A stretch of DNA of 60,760 nt, filler included. It is 4 parts of 4 records of this genome, joined end to end, with 100 filler letters (N's around TTAATTAATTAA, not from the genome) between each part and the next. Parts side by side here need not be neighbours in the genome. Positions count along the whole stretch, not along the records: positions 12,806 to 39,861 come from SRR2962707_4614; positions 39,962 to 50,388 come from SRR2962707_4617; 2 more parts are not named here. The stretch is one strand, 5' to 3'. The position numbers were made by a program, and so were the translations under genes. Positions 39,446 through 48,469 of the stretch are shown here, piece by piece (position 1 is the first letter of the stretch; every line of letters begins with the position of its first letter). The notes below the pieces were generated by a model. The model had not been told where the DNA came from. It saw nothing but the letters and a program-made list of their open reading frames with translations, and did not search any database.

Positions 39446-39835
39446 ATTAATGGCTCGGGTGATTTGCCGTTCAAGTTCATTCTGATTCTGTATGCGTTCA
39501 AAGCCGACCGGCGGCGCAAGATTGCAAAGCAGGCATTTCTGGCCACGAACTGACCAGCTTGTAACGGATGATCACAGTGTTTGACGGGCTGCCCCAGTGT
39601 TTATCCAAGTGCCCTCGGTTCAGCGTCTACGAGGGCGTTGGCTCATTTCAGAGCGGCGCACTGACATTAAAAGTTCTTCAAAGAATGCTTAGTGGGCACA
39701 GCAGGAGGCGCAGAATTCCAGTTCTTCAACTTAATATCGTTGTTTGAAGGATATAACCGTAAGGGCGGGCGGAGGAGAGAACGAAGTCCGAAGCCATCGT
39801 GCCTTGGATAGTAGGCGGCAAGGCGAAAACAAAAA

Positions 39836-39861
39836 TGGCGGAGAGGAAGGGATTCGAACCC
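39836..39861 (-). tRNA. 3' end of a tRNA-Ser (or its att duplication), cut by the contig end
   Basis: Minus strand GGGTTCGAATCCCTTCCTCTCCGCCA = T-arm, acceptor strand CTCTCC, discriminator G, CCA; anticodon not visible. Confidence 0.75.
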
Positions 39862-39961
39862 NNNNNNNNNNNNNNNNNNNNNNNNNNNNNNNNNNNNNNN
39901 NNNNNTTAATTAATTAANNNNNNNNNNNNNNNNNNNNNNNNNNNNNNNNNNNNNNNNNNNN
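39862..39961. other. Artificial contig linker
   Basis: 44 N + TTAATTAATTAA + 44 N. Confidence 0.98.
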
Positions 39962-40129
39962 TCGACCTCGCGCAGGCTCAAGTTGAACCGGGCGTAGAGC
40001 CAGACAACATGAGCAATGATCGGGGGCGGAAAACGGTGGCCCTTATAGCTGATTTTCTCTGTTTGCATCGACACCGCCTACGCCCAGATCAACTAACAGC
40101 AACCTCAGGTCTGTTAACGTGACAACACC
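39962..40129 (-). mobile_element. IS6-family element, left end and transposase N-terminus (runs off the contig)
   Basis: Not in ORF track: minus strand from ATG 40068 reads MQTEKISYKGHRFPPPIIAHVVWLYARFNLSLREV; terminal IR GGTGTTGTCACGTTAA at 40129-40114. Confidence 0.85.
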
Positions 40130-40311
40130 AGGATAATTGGACCCGGCTGAAGCTATCGTGTCACGTCTCGCCAAAGTTTGCGACCCTACCGAGGCGATGC
40201 CACGCGCTGCAGAACGCCCGATTTTTAATCCCTCTTTCACGGTTGAAGATCTCTGAACAGGCGGCAACATTTTTTCTCTTTACAGATCAGTTTTGTGCTC
40301 TCACCTTACGT

Positions 40312-40339
40312 GTAAACCAGTTTACTAAACCGATTTACA
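40312..40339. promoter_or_regulatory. Tandem LacI-family operators
   Basis: GTAAACCAGTTTAC immediately followed by TAAACCGATTTACA upstream of the LacI gene; matches the AAAC-GTTT LacI/GalR-type palindrome. Confidence 0.7.
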
Positions 40340-40399
40340 TGGAATCTAGGGGGCGTCGGCACTGTGGCCGGGGCCATTTAGGGCAAGAGGTGTGGCGCA

Positions 40400-41419
40400 T
40401 TGGCAAATCTTCAGGACGTGGCAAAAGCGGCCGGTGTTTCAAAGACGACTGTCTCCCGTTTCCTGAATGGATCGCTGGAGTTGCCGGAGAAAACGTCGGA
40501 TCAGATCAATACAGCCATCCGGTCTCTGAACTACAAGCCCAACCCCCATGCACGCCGGTTGAGCCTGGGGCGGACGGATACCATCGGGTTGATTGTACCG
40601 GATATTGCGACTCCGTTTTTTGCAACGTTTGTGGCGGCCGTCGAAGAAGAGGCGGATGCCCGCGGCAAGACATTGGCGTTGCACGCGACGCTGAACCGGC
40701 GCGACCGGGAGCTGTCATACATCGAACTGGTCCAGCAAGGGCACGCGGATGGGCTGATCTTTATCACCAACCATCAAGGCGATCCGGGCTTGGCCGAGAG
40801 AATAAACACAGCCGGTCCTTGTGTTGTGGTTGATGAAAACGTGGCCGGGGCAAATGTGCCGAAAATCTTTTGTGACAATGAAGAGGGTGGGCGGCTGGCC
40901 GGGCGTCATCTGGCCAAAGCGGGCCACCGCCATGTGCTGTTCATTGGTGGCGTCGATGAGATGATTAGTGGCGAACGCCGCTTTGCCGGGTTCCGGGAGG
41001 GTATGATCGGGATCGCAGGCGATGGCGTACGCATAGAACGCTGCGCCGGGCCCTATACATTTGACGCAGGCCGGGCGGCAGGTCGCGCTTATATTGCGCA
41101 GGACGCGCCCCGGCCCACCGCAATTTTTGCTACATCGGATGAACTGTTGATCGGCCTTTTCGAAGTGCTGCACGGGGCTGGTTTGTCCGTGCCACGCGAC
41201 GTCTCTGTAGTGGGGTTCGACGATGTCGGGCCTCTGCATCTGTTCGCACCTGCTGTCACGGCAGTGCGTCAGCCGGTTCGGGATTTGGGGAAGCGAGCAT
41301 TGCAAGTGCTTCTCGATCTGCCGCTACCGAATGAGGGCGGCCAGTTTCCGCAAGAGGAGCTTCTGCCCGTCACCTTGATCGAACGGAACTCTGTTGCTCC
41401 GCCGATCACAACTGTCTGA
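40400..41419 (+). CDS. LacI-family transcriptional regulator
   Basis: LQDVAKAAGVSKTTVSRFLN HTH, YKPNPHARRL hinge, VPRDVSVVGFDD; TTG start after GAGG. Confidence 0.93.
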   Translation: MANLQDVAKAAGVSKTTVSRFLNGSLELPEKTSDQINTAIRSLNYKPNPHARRLSLGRTDTIGLIVPDIATPFFATFVAAVEEEADARGKTLALHATLNRRDRELSYIELVQQGHADGLIFITNHQGDPGLAERINTAGPCVVVDENVAGANVPKIFCDNEEGGRLAGRHLAKAGHRHVLFIGGVDEMISGERRFAGFREGMIGIAGDGVRIERCAGPYTFDAGRAAGRAYIAQDAPRPTAIFATSDELLIGLFEVLHGAGLSVPRDVSVVGFDDVGPLHLFAPAVTAVRQPVRDLGKRALQVLLDLPLPNEGGQFPQEELLPVTLIERNSVAPPITTV

Positions 41420-41444
41420 CATCATCCAACAAAGAGGTTCTGAA

Positions 41445-42383
41445 ATGATATATTCCCTGACACGCCGTGCTTTTGGTGCTGCTTTTGCGGCCGGACTGCT
41501 TGGCTCTGTGGCGTTGCCAGCGCTGGCGCAAGAAACAAAAACTTATGCTCTGGTGCAGATCAACCAGCAGGCGCTGTTTTTCAACGAGATGAACCGTGGT
41601 GCGCAAGAGGCAGCCGATGCTGCTGGCGTAAAGCTGGTGATTTTCAATGCCAACAATGACTCCGCGGCGCAAAACAGCGCCATTGAGACCTACATCCAGG
41701 AAGGCGTTGCCGGGCTTGCGGTCGTGGCCATCGACGTGAACGGCATCATGCCCGCCGTTGAACAAGCCGATGCAGCTGGCATACCCGTGGTTGCGATTGA
41801 CGCGATCCTGCCCGAAGACGGCCCGCAAAAGGCGCAGATCGGTGTGGATAACGCAAAGGCCGGTGCGGACTTGGCGGCCTATTATAACGGTACCATGACC
41901 GACGCCTCAAAGCTGGGCATTGTCGGCGCACTGAATTCCTACATTCAAAACGTGCGCAAAGATGGATTTGAGGAGGCGCTGAATGCCGGCAGCGTGACCG
42001 TTGCGGGCACAGTTGATGGCCAAAACGTACAGGATGTTGCCCTGAGCGCGGCCGAAAACCTGATCACGGCATACCCGGATCTGACCTCAATCTACGCCAC
42101 TGGCGAGCCGGCTCTGATGGGCGCAATCGCAGCTGTTGCCTCGCAGGGCAAGCAGGATGATCTGGCCGTCTTTGGCTGGGATCTGACAGCGCAGGCCATC
42201 GACGCGATCGACGACGGGTATCTGAAGGCTGTGATTCAACAGGACCCGGCCGGCATGGGCGCCACTGCCATTGAAGCGCTGATCGCACTGGACGCAGGCG
42301 AAGACGTGGAAAGCAACATCGCTGTTCCGGTGACCATCGTGACTTCCGAGAACGTGGATGATTTCCGGTCCTTGTTTGAGTGA
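41445..42383 (+). CDS. Ribose-type (CUT2) ABC substrate-binding protein
   Basis: TRRAF signal peptide; IPVVAID, IGVDN, VFGWD, IQQDP. Confidence 0.88.
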   Translation: MIYSLTRRAFGAAFAAGLLGSVALPALAQETKTYALVQINQQALFFNEMNRGAQEAADAAGVKLVIFNANNDSAAQNSAIETYIQEGVAGLAVVAIDVNGIMPAVEQADAAGIPVVAIDAILPEDGPQKAQIGVDNAKAGADLAAYYNGTMTDASKLGIVGALNSYIQNVRKDGFEEALNAGSVTVAGTVDGQNVQDVALSAAENLITAYPDLTSIYATGEPALMGAIAAVASQGKQDDLAVFGWDLTAQAIDAIDDGYLKAVIQQDPAGMGATAIEALIALDAGEDVESNIAVPVTIVTSENVDDFRSLFE

Positions 42384-43168
42384 TGATGATGCCAACGACA
42401 CGAGAACAGGGGGGGAGGGCGAATATGCCCCCTCCCGACGCGGCAATTCTTTCGCTGCGCAACATCCAAAAGACGTTTGGTTCGCATCAGGCATTGCGCG
42501 GTGTCGATCTGGATATTCGTGCCGGCGAATGTCTGGGTCTGATTGGCGATAACGCGGCGGGCAAATCGACCTTGTCCAAGGTCATGTCCGGCACTTATGT
42601 CCCCGACGATGGGACAATCACTATGGACGGCCAGCCACTCCGGTTCACCACTCCTTCCGAGGCGCGTGATCTGCATATCGAGATGGTCTATCAAGACTTG
42701 TCCCTATGTGATCACATAGATGTGGTGGGGAATTTGTTTCTAGGGCGTGAGCTGAAGCGCGGCCCATTTCTGGATCAGCCACGCATGCTGGCCGAAGCGG
42801 AACGCATGTTGGCCGCATTGGAAATTCGCATTCCGCGTCTGACCGCCAAGGTTGAAAAACTGTCCGGCGGGCAGCGGCAGGCCATCGCCATCGCGCGGGC
42901 GGCAAGTTTTCAACCCAAAGTGCTGATCATGGACGAACCGACGTCCGCCCTGGCAGTTGCCGAAGTAGAGGCCGTGCTGGAGTTGATAAACCGTGTCAAG
43001 GCAACCGGCTCTGCCGTGGTTCTGATCACCCACCGGATGCAGGATCTGTTCCGCGTCTGCGACCGGGTGGCGGTGATGTACGAGGGCACAAAGGTGGCCG
43101 AACGTGCCATCGGGGAGACCAATCTGCAGGAGTTGGTGGATCTGATCGTCGGCAAAGGAGGCCACTGA
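42383..43168 (+). CDS. Sugar ABC ATPase (single nucleotide-binding domain)
   Basis: GDNAAGKST, VYQDLSL, LSGGQRQ, MDEPT; exact start uncertain. Confidence 0.88.
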   Translation: MMMPTTREQGGRANMPPPDAAILSLRNIQKTFGSHQALRGVDLDIRAGECLGLIGDNAAGKSTLSKVMSGTYVPDDGTITMDGQPLRFTTPSEARDLHIEMVYQDLSLCDHIDVVGNLFLGRELKRGPFLDQPRMLAEAERMLAALEIRIPRLTAKVEKLSGGQRQAIAIARAASFQPKVLIMDEPTSALAVAEVEAVLELINRVKATGSAVVLITHRMQDLFRVCDRVAVMYEGTKVAERAIGETNLQELVDLIVGKGGH

Positions 43169-44175
43169 TGGCAAATTATACAGAGCGGCAGGCGGGATCA
43201 AAGCTCGCGGATTTTGTTGGTGAGCACGCTCAGGTGCTTTCTATCGCGTTGTTTTTCGCGCTGTGCATTATGTTTTTCGGGGCGATGACCCCGACGTTCT
43301 TGATGCCGGGGAACCTTTTGAACGTGTTGCGTCAGGCCGCACCAATTTTGGTGGTCGCCGTTGCAATGACGCTGGTGATCACCACGGCGGGTATTGACCT
43401 GTCGGTGGGGTCGATGGTGGCCCTGATCAACGCGACGGCTGCGATTGTTATGGCGATGGGGCTGCCATGGCCACTGGTGGTGGTGGTGATGCTGGTGCTG
43501 GGCGCGGCTATCGGCGGGGTGCAGGGGTGGTTCGTATCCTATCAGGGCATTCCGGCCTTTATCGTGACATTGGCGGGGCTTTCGATCCTGCGGGGCGCGG
43601 CGCTTTATATGACCGAAGGCTATTCGATCCCGATCCGTGATGCGGATGGGTTTTTCTGGCTCGGACGCGGCGAGATCGGGGGCTTTCCGGTGCCTGCGCT
43701 GATTGCCATTTTGGTCGCCGTCCTAGGGTTTGTCGTGATGCTGCGCACGCAGTATGGTCGTCAAGTCATCGCCGTGGGATCGAACATCGAAGCCGCGCGA
43801 CGGGTCGGAATGCCCGCGAAACGTGTGCTGGCCTCGGTCTATGTCGTGTCCGGGCTCGCCTCTGCAGTGGCGGGGATGCTGATCGCGGCGCGGCTTGGCT
43901 CCGGGTCGTCGAACGCGGCGCAGGGGTTTGAGTTGCAAGTCATCGCGGCGGTTGTTTTGGGCGGCACGTCATTGATGGGCGGCAAGGCGTCTATGCTCGG
44001 GACTTTGCTGGGAACAATGACCATCGCTGTGATCGGTAATGGTTTAATACTGATGCATATTTCTCCGTTCTTCACACAGATCGTGACGGGCACGATCATT
44101 CTGGTCGCGATCTGGATGAACACGCGGCTGTTTGACCGCAAATGGCGGTTTGGCCGGAAGGCGACGGCCCCATGA
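43168..44175 (+). CDS. Sugar ABC permease (RbsC family)
   Basis: GIDLSVGS, IPAFIVTL, ELQVIAAVVLGGTSLMGG. Confidence 0.92.
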   Translation: MANYTERQAGSKLADFVGEHAQVLSIALFFALCIMFFGAMTPTFLMPGNLLNVLRQAAPILVVAVAMTLVITTAGIDLSVGSMVALINATAAIVMAMGLPWPLVVVVMLVLGAAIGGVQGWFVSYQGIPAFIVTLAGLSILRGAALYMTEGYSIPIRDADGFFWLGRGEIGGFPVPALIAILVAVLGFVVMLRTQYGRQVIAVGSNIEAARRVGMPAKRVLASVYVVSGLASAVAGMLIAARLGSGSSNAAQGFELQVIAAVVLGGTSLMGGKASMLGTLLGTMTIAVIGNGLILMHISPFFTQIVTGTIILVAIWMNTRLFDRKWRFGRKATAP

Positions 44176-45239
44176 CCACTGAACTTTCCCCCTGCCATGT
44201 CGGCTCTGGACAGGTCATGACCGTGGCCGGTCCTATCGGATCGGGCGCGATGGGACACACCTTAATGCATGAGCATTTGCAAAACGATTGCAGCTGCTGG
44301 TGGAACCCGCCAACCGACCCGGAGCGGCAATATCTGGTGGATGCGCCGGTCAGCATGGAACTGCTGTCAGAGTTGCGTCAGGATCCCTTTGTCAACAAGC
44401 ACAATATCGCGCTGGACGATCTGGAGCTGGCGATCGCGGAGGTCAGGAAATTTGCCGACATAGGCGGGCAGACCATTGTCGATCCGACCTGTCGTGGAAT
44501 TGGCCGCGATCCACACAAACTGCGGCAAATCACGGCGCAGACTGGCGTACAGGTGGTGATGGGTGCCGGGTATTATCTGGCCAGTTCGATGCCGACAGAC
44601 GTGGCGCAGCTGACGGTGGACGACATCGCCGACCAGATCGTTGCAGAGGCATTGTGCGGGGTTGATGGCACGGATGCGAAAATCGGCCTGATTGGGGAAA
44701 TAGGCGTCTCGGCGGAGTTCACCGCCGAGGAAGAAAAGTCCCTGCGCGGTGCCGCGCGCGCGCAGGTTCGCTGCGGTCTGCCGCTGATGGTGCATCTGCC
44801 CGCTTGGTTCCGATTGGGTCACCGTGTTCTGGACCTCGTCGAGGAAGAGGGCGCAGCGCTGCGCCACACGGTGTTATGCCACATGAACCCGTCGCATATG
44901 GATCAGGTTTACCAAGCGACCTTGGCGCAGCGCGGTGCCTTTGTGGAATTCGACATGATCGGAATGGACTTCTTTTATGCCGATCAAGGCGTGCAATGCC
45001 CATCAGATGACGAGGTCGCCCGCGCAATCACCGGGCTGGCAGAGGCCGGTTTCCTGGACCGTATCCTGCTGTCGCACGACGTTTTTATCAAGATGATGCT
45101 CACGCGGTACGGTGGCAATGGGTATGCATTTGTCACCCGTCATTTTTTGCCACGGTTGCAACGGCACGGGCTTGACCCTGCCGCCCTGGACACACTCATG
45201 GTTGCGAACCCGCGCAGGGTCTTTGACGCGACCGTCTGA
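44172..45239 (+). CDS. Phosphotriesterase-family amidohydrolase (PHP type)
   Basis: TLMHEHL, GIGRD, GAGYY, IGEIG, MVH, LCH, LLSHD, NPRRV. Confidence 0.88.
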   Translation: MTTELSPCHVGSGQVMTVAGPIGSGAMGHTLMHEHLQNDCSCWWNPPTDPERQYLVDAPVSMELLSELRQDPFVNKHNIALDDLELAIAEVRKFADIGGQTIVDPTCRGIGRDPHKLRQITAQTGVQVVMGAGYYLASSMPTDVAQLTVDDIADQIVAEALCGVDGTDAKIGLIGEIGVSAEFTAEEEKSLRGAARAQVRCGLPLMVHLPAWFRLGHRVLDLVEEEGAALRHTVLCHMNPSHMDQVYQATLAQRGAFVEFDMIGMDFFYADQGVQCPSDDEVARAITGLAEAGFLDRILLSHDVFIKMMLTRYGGNGYAFVTRHFLPRLQRHGLDPAALDTLMVANPRRVFDATV

Positions 45240-45261
45240 ACACAACTGAAAGGACAAAAAC

Positions 45262-46023
45262 ATGAACACCAAGGTTCTCTTGGTTGGCGAGAGCTGGACC
45301 ACGTCGGAAACCCATTTCAAGGGATTCGACCAATTCGGCTCGGTGCATTTTCACACCGGTGCAGATCCGCTGTTAAAGGCGCTGAAGGGCAGCGCCTTTG
45401 TGGTGGATTACATGACCGCACATGAGGCAGCCGAAGGGTTCCCGTTCGAAATGGACGGGCTGAAGGCCTATGACATTGTCATCTTGTCGGACATTGGCGC
45501 CAATACGTTCTTGTTGCCGCCGGATGTCTGGCTGCGGTCAAAAACGGTGCCCAACCGTTTGCGGCTGCTCAAGCAATGGGTCTCGGAGGGGGGAAACCTC
45601 ATCATGATGGGGGGCTATTTCTCGTTCCAGGGGATCGACGGCAAGGCGCGCTGGCGCAAGACGGCGGTCGAGGACACACTGCCGGTCACCTGTTTCCCTT
45701 GGGATGATCGTATCGAAATTCCTGAAGGTGCTATCGCCGAAGTCCTGGACGCAGATCATGCGGTCATGGCCGGATTGGAGGGCGACTGGCCACCAATTCT
45801 CGGCGTGAATGAAGTCGAGCCGCGCGCAGGAGCGCAAATCATTGCCAAGCTGCCGGACGATCAAGGCGGGCACCCGTTGCTGGTGCTTGGTGAACACGGG
45901 GCCGGGCGCACCGCTGCCTGGACTTCGGACATCGGCCCGCATTGGTTGTCGCCCGAATTCTGTGAATGGGATGGCTATGCGCGTCTTTGGAAAAATGTGC
46001 TGGGCTGGCTTGCCGCGCGCTGA
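45262..46023 (+). CDS. Glutamine amidotransferase-like protein (DUF1355 / STM3548-like)
   Basis: VLLVGESW, KGFDQF, LSDIGANT, MMGGYFSFQG, SDIGPHW. Confidence 0.82.
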   Translation: MNTKVLLVGESWTTSETHFKGFDQFGSVHFHTGADPLLKALKGSAFVVDYMTAHEAAEGFPFEMDGLKAYDIVILSDIGANTFLLPPDVWLRSKTVPNRLRLLKQWVSEGGNLIMMGGYFSFQGIDGKARWRKTAVEDTLPVTCFPWDDRIEIPEGAIAEVLDADHAVMAGLEGDWPPILGVNEVEPRAGAQIIAKLPDDQGGHPLLVLGEHGAGRTAAWTSDIGPHWLSPEFCEWDGYARLWKNVLGWLAAR

Positions 46024-46042
46024 CGTGTCGGAGTTCTGTGGC

Positions 46043-46936
46043 TCACTGGGGCAGATCCGGTGGGCACAGGATCCGAGCGAATTCCGCGGGGTTGGGAAAG
46101 GCGGCAACGGTTCCTGGGCGGGCGACAGTATGTGCCGCCGCCTGCGCCGCATCGGTCAGGGCACGCGTATCCAGAGACACACCCCGCCGCCCGGCCGAGG
46201 CCAGCGCAGTCGCCATGAAACAATCGCCAGCGCCGGTGGTATCGCGGACCTCGCAGGGCCGTGCGGGCACATCTTGTCGTCCCGCCGCCGTGATCAACGC
46301 AGCCCCGGCGCCGCCAAGTGTCAGCACCACGGTTTTTACGCCGCGCGACAACAGGTGGTGGACCCCGCCAAGCGCCTCTGCTTCGCCTTCGTTGACAAAG
46401 GCCGTATCGACCAGCGACCACAGATCGTCAAAGTAGGGTTGCAACGGCGACGGATTCATCGCCGTGGTCATGGCGCGGGTGCGGGCCTCGTACAGCAACG
46501 CAATGGTGGTATCCGCCCCAAGGTTGCCTTGCAGGACCAGCAGGTCTCCTGCACCAGCGCCGGCCAGGCCATCACAGGCCATTTGCGGTGTCAGAGCAGA
46601 TGCGGCTTCGCGGGTGGTGATAACCGCGTTCTCGCCGGTCTCCGCCATCAGAATGGTCGATGCATCGGTGGACACATGGTCGAGCGTTACCAGTCTGGTG
46701 GTCAGCATCTCCTGCGCCAGCCGTTCACTGATTTCGTGACCACGGGCATCGCGCCCTACGGCGGCCACAAACACGCAATCCAGCCCGGTGCGAGAAATGG
46801 CAACGGCCTGATTTGCGCCTTTCCCACCCAGATCGCGCGAGAGGCTGCTGCCGAAAATCGACGCGCCGGGGCTTGGAAAATCAACAACAGAGAGCGTTTC
46901 GTCCAAGGCTGCATTGCCGACGACAAATGCTTTCAT
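46043..46936 (-). CDS. PfkB/ribokinase-family kinase
   Basis: GGKGANQA, GENAVI, NPSP, VNEGEA, DTTGAGDCF; AGAAGGA RBS before ATG 46936. Confidence 0.9.
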   Translation of the reverse strand: MKAFVVGNAALDETLSVVDFPSPGASIFGSSLSRDLGGKGANQAVAISRTGLDCVFVAAVGRDARGHEISERLAQEMLTTRLVTLDHVSTDASTILMAETGENAVITTREAASALTPQMACDGLAGAGAGDLLVLQGNLGADTTIALLYEARTRAMTTAMNPSPLQPYFDDLWSLVDTAFVNEGEAEALGGVHHLLSRGVKTVVLTLGGAGAALITAAGRQDVPARPCEVRDTTGAGDCFMATALASAGRRGVSLDTRALTDAAQAAAHTVARPGTVAAFPNPAEFARILCPPDLPQ

Positions 46937-46968
46937 TTCAAATTCCTTCTTTCCTGAAAGGTAAAGAC

Positions 46969-47811
46969 ATGCAGCTGATATCCGACCGGGCTTCCGGTGC
47001 AATCAAAGATATTTTTGGCCGGGACAAAGCATTGATCGGTATGATCCATTGCCCGGCCTTTCCTGGCGCACCGCGCTATCGCGGCGAAAGCCTGGATGCT
47101 ATTTATGACGCCTGCATGCGGGACGCCGAGCGTCTGGTAGAGGGCGGGTTTCATGGGTTGGTGGTGGAAAACCACGGCGATGTGCCGTTCTCCAAACCCG
47201 ACGACATCGGCCCGGAGACATCGGCCTTCATGTCGGTGGTGACTGATCGCATCCGACGCGCGTGCGCGGTTCCGTTGGGGATCAACGTGCTGGCCAATGC
47301 GCCAATTCCTGCGTTGGCCATCGCGGTCGCGGGGGGCGCGGATTTCATCCGTGTGAACCAATGGGCCAACGCCTATGTCGCCAACGAGGGCTTTATGGAA
47401 GGGCGCGCGGCAGAGGCAATGCGGTATCGCTCTTTGCTGCGGGCCGAGCGGGTAAAAGTGTTTACCGACTCTCACGTCAAACACGGCAGTCATTCCATTG
47501 TTGCCGACCGCTCGATACCCGAATTGACCCGCGATCTGGCGTTTTTTGATAGCGACGGCATCATCGCCACCGGCCAGCGCACCGGCAACAGTGCCACGAT
47601 GGAGGAAATCGACGAAATCGGAGGCGCGACACATTTGCCGTTGCTGGTGGGCTCCGGTGTGACCGAGGACAACATCGTCGCAATCCTTGGTCGGACCAAT
47701 GGGGTGATCGTAGCTTCGTCCTTGAAAGAGGGGGGCGTTTGGTGGAATCCGGTCGATCCCGCGCGTGTCGAGCGGTTTGTTGCAATCGCCGCGGAGGGGT
47801 TGGATGGCTGA
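46969..47811 (+). CDS. BtpA/SgcQ-family TIM-barrel protein
   Basis: IGMIH, ENHGDVPF, GINVLAN, VKHG, LVGSGV, VASSLK. Confidence 0.88.
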   Translation: MQLISDRASGAIKDIFGRDKALIGMIHCPAFPGAPRYRGESLDAIYDACMRDAERLVEGGFHGLVVENHGDVPFSKPDDIGPETSAFMSVVTDRIRRACAVPLGINVLANAPIPALAIAVAGGADFIRVNQWANAYVANEGFMEGRAAEAMRYRSLLRAERVKVFTDSHVKHGSHSIVADRSIPELTRDLAFFDSDGIIATGQRTGNSATMEEIDEIGGATHLPLLVGSGVTEDNIVAILGRTNGVIVASSLKEGGVWWNPVDPARVERFVAIAAEGLDG

Positions 47812-48469
47812 ACGTCTCACCGCCCGTATTCTGGCAGAAAATGCGCAGGTGTTCGACGCGATGGTCACCCATCGCTTCGTGCGCGACATCGAAGCCGACA
47901 CTCTGCCAGCCGAAGTGTTTGACCGATACCTGCTGATCGAAGGCGCGTTTGTCGAGACGGCCATTGCGATCTTTGGACACGCGGTGGTCAAATCGTCAGA
48001 CCTTGCGGACCGGCGCAAACTGATCGGAACTCTGGATGCGCTAGCCAACGAACAGATGTCCTATTTCGAGAGCGCGTTTGCCGCGCGCAGCCTTGCGCCC
48101 GATCCGGTTCTGCAAGCCGACGCCCGGGTTGCAGCCTTTCGCGAGGGAATGCTGATGATCGCGCAGGACGGCGATTTCACCGCCATCATAACTGCGATGT
48201 TCGCGGCAGAGTGGATGTATTGGACCTGGTGTTCCAACCTTCGCACGGCCCATATCTCCGATCCAATGGTGCAGGCCTGGGTCGAAATGCACGCAGCACC
48301 TGCGTTTACCGCCCAGGCCCATTGGCTGCGCGACCGGCTTGATGCGCTTGGGACGGGCATGACGGCAGCGCAGTGCGATGAATCGGTGCGTGTCTTTGGC
48401 CGCGTGCAGAAACTGGAAATTGATTTTCATTCTGCGGCCTATGCCGAGGCGCGGATCAGCGCGGCATAG
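47804..48469 (+). CDS. TenA-family protein, Cys-less (TenA_E-like)
   Basis: HRFVRDI, YLLIEGAFV, AAEWMY (Glu where TenA_C has Cys), WVEMH, LEIDF. Confidence 0.82.
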   Translation: MAERLTARILAENAQVFDAMVTHRFVRDIEADTLPAEVFDRYLLIEGAFVETAIAIFGHAVVKSSDLADRRKLIGTLDALANEQMSYFESAFAARSLAPDPVLQADARVAAFREGMLMIAQDGDFTAIITAMFAAEWMYWTWCSNLRTAHISDPMVQAWVEMHAAPAFTAQAHWLRDRLDALGTGMTAAQCDESVRVFGRVQKLEIDFHSAAYAEARISAA

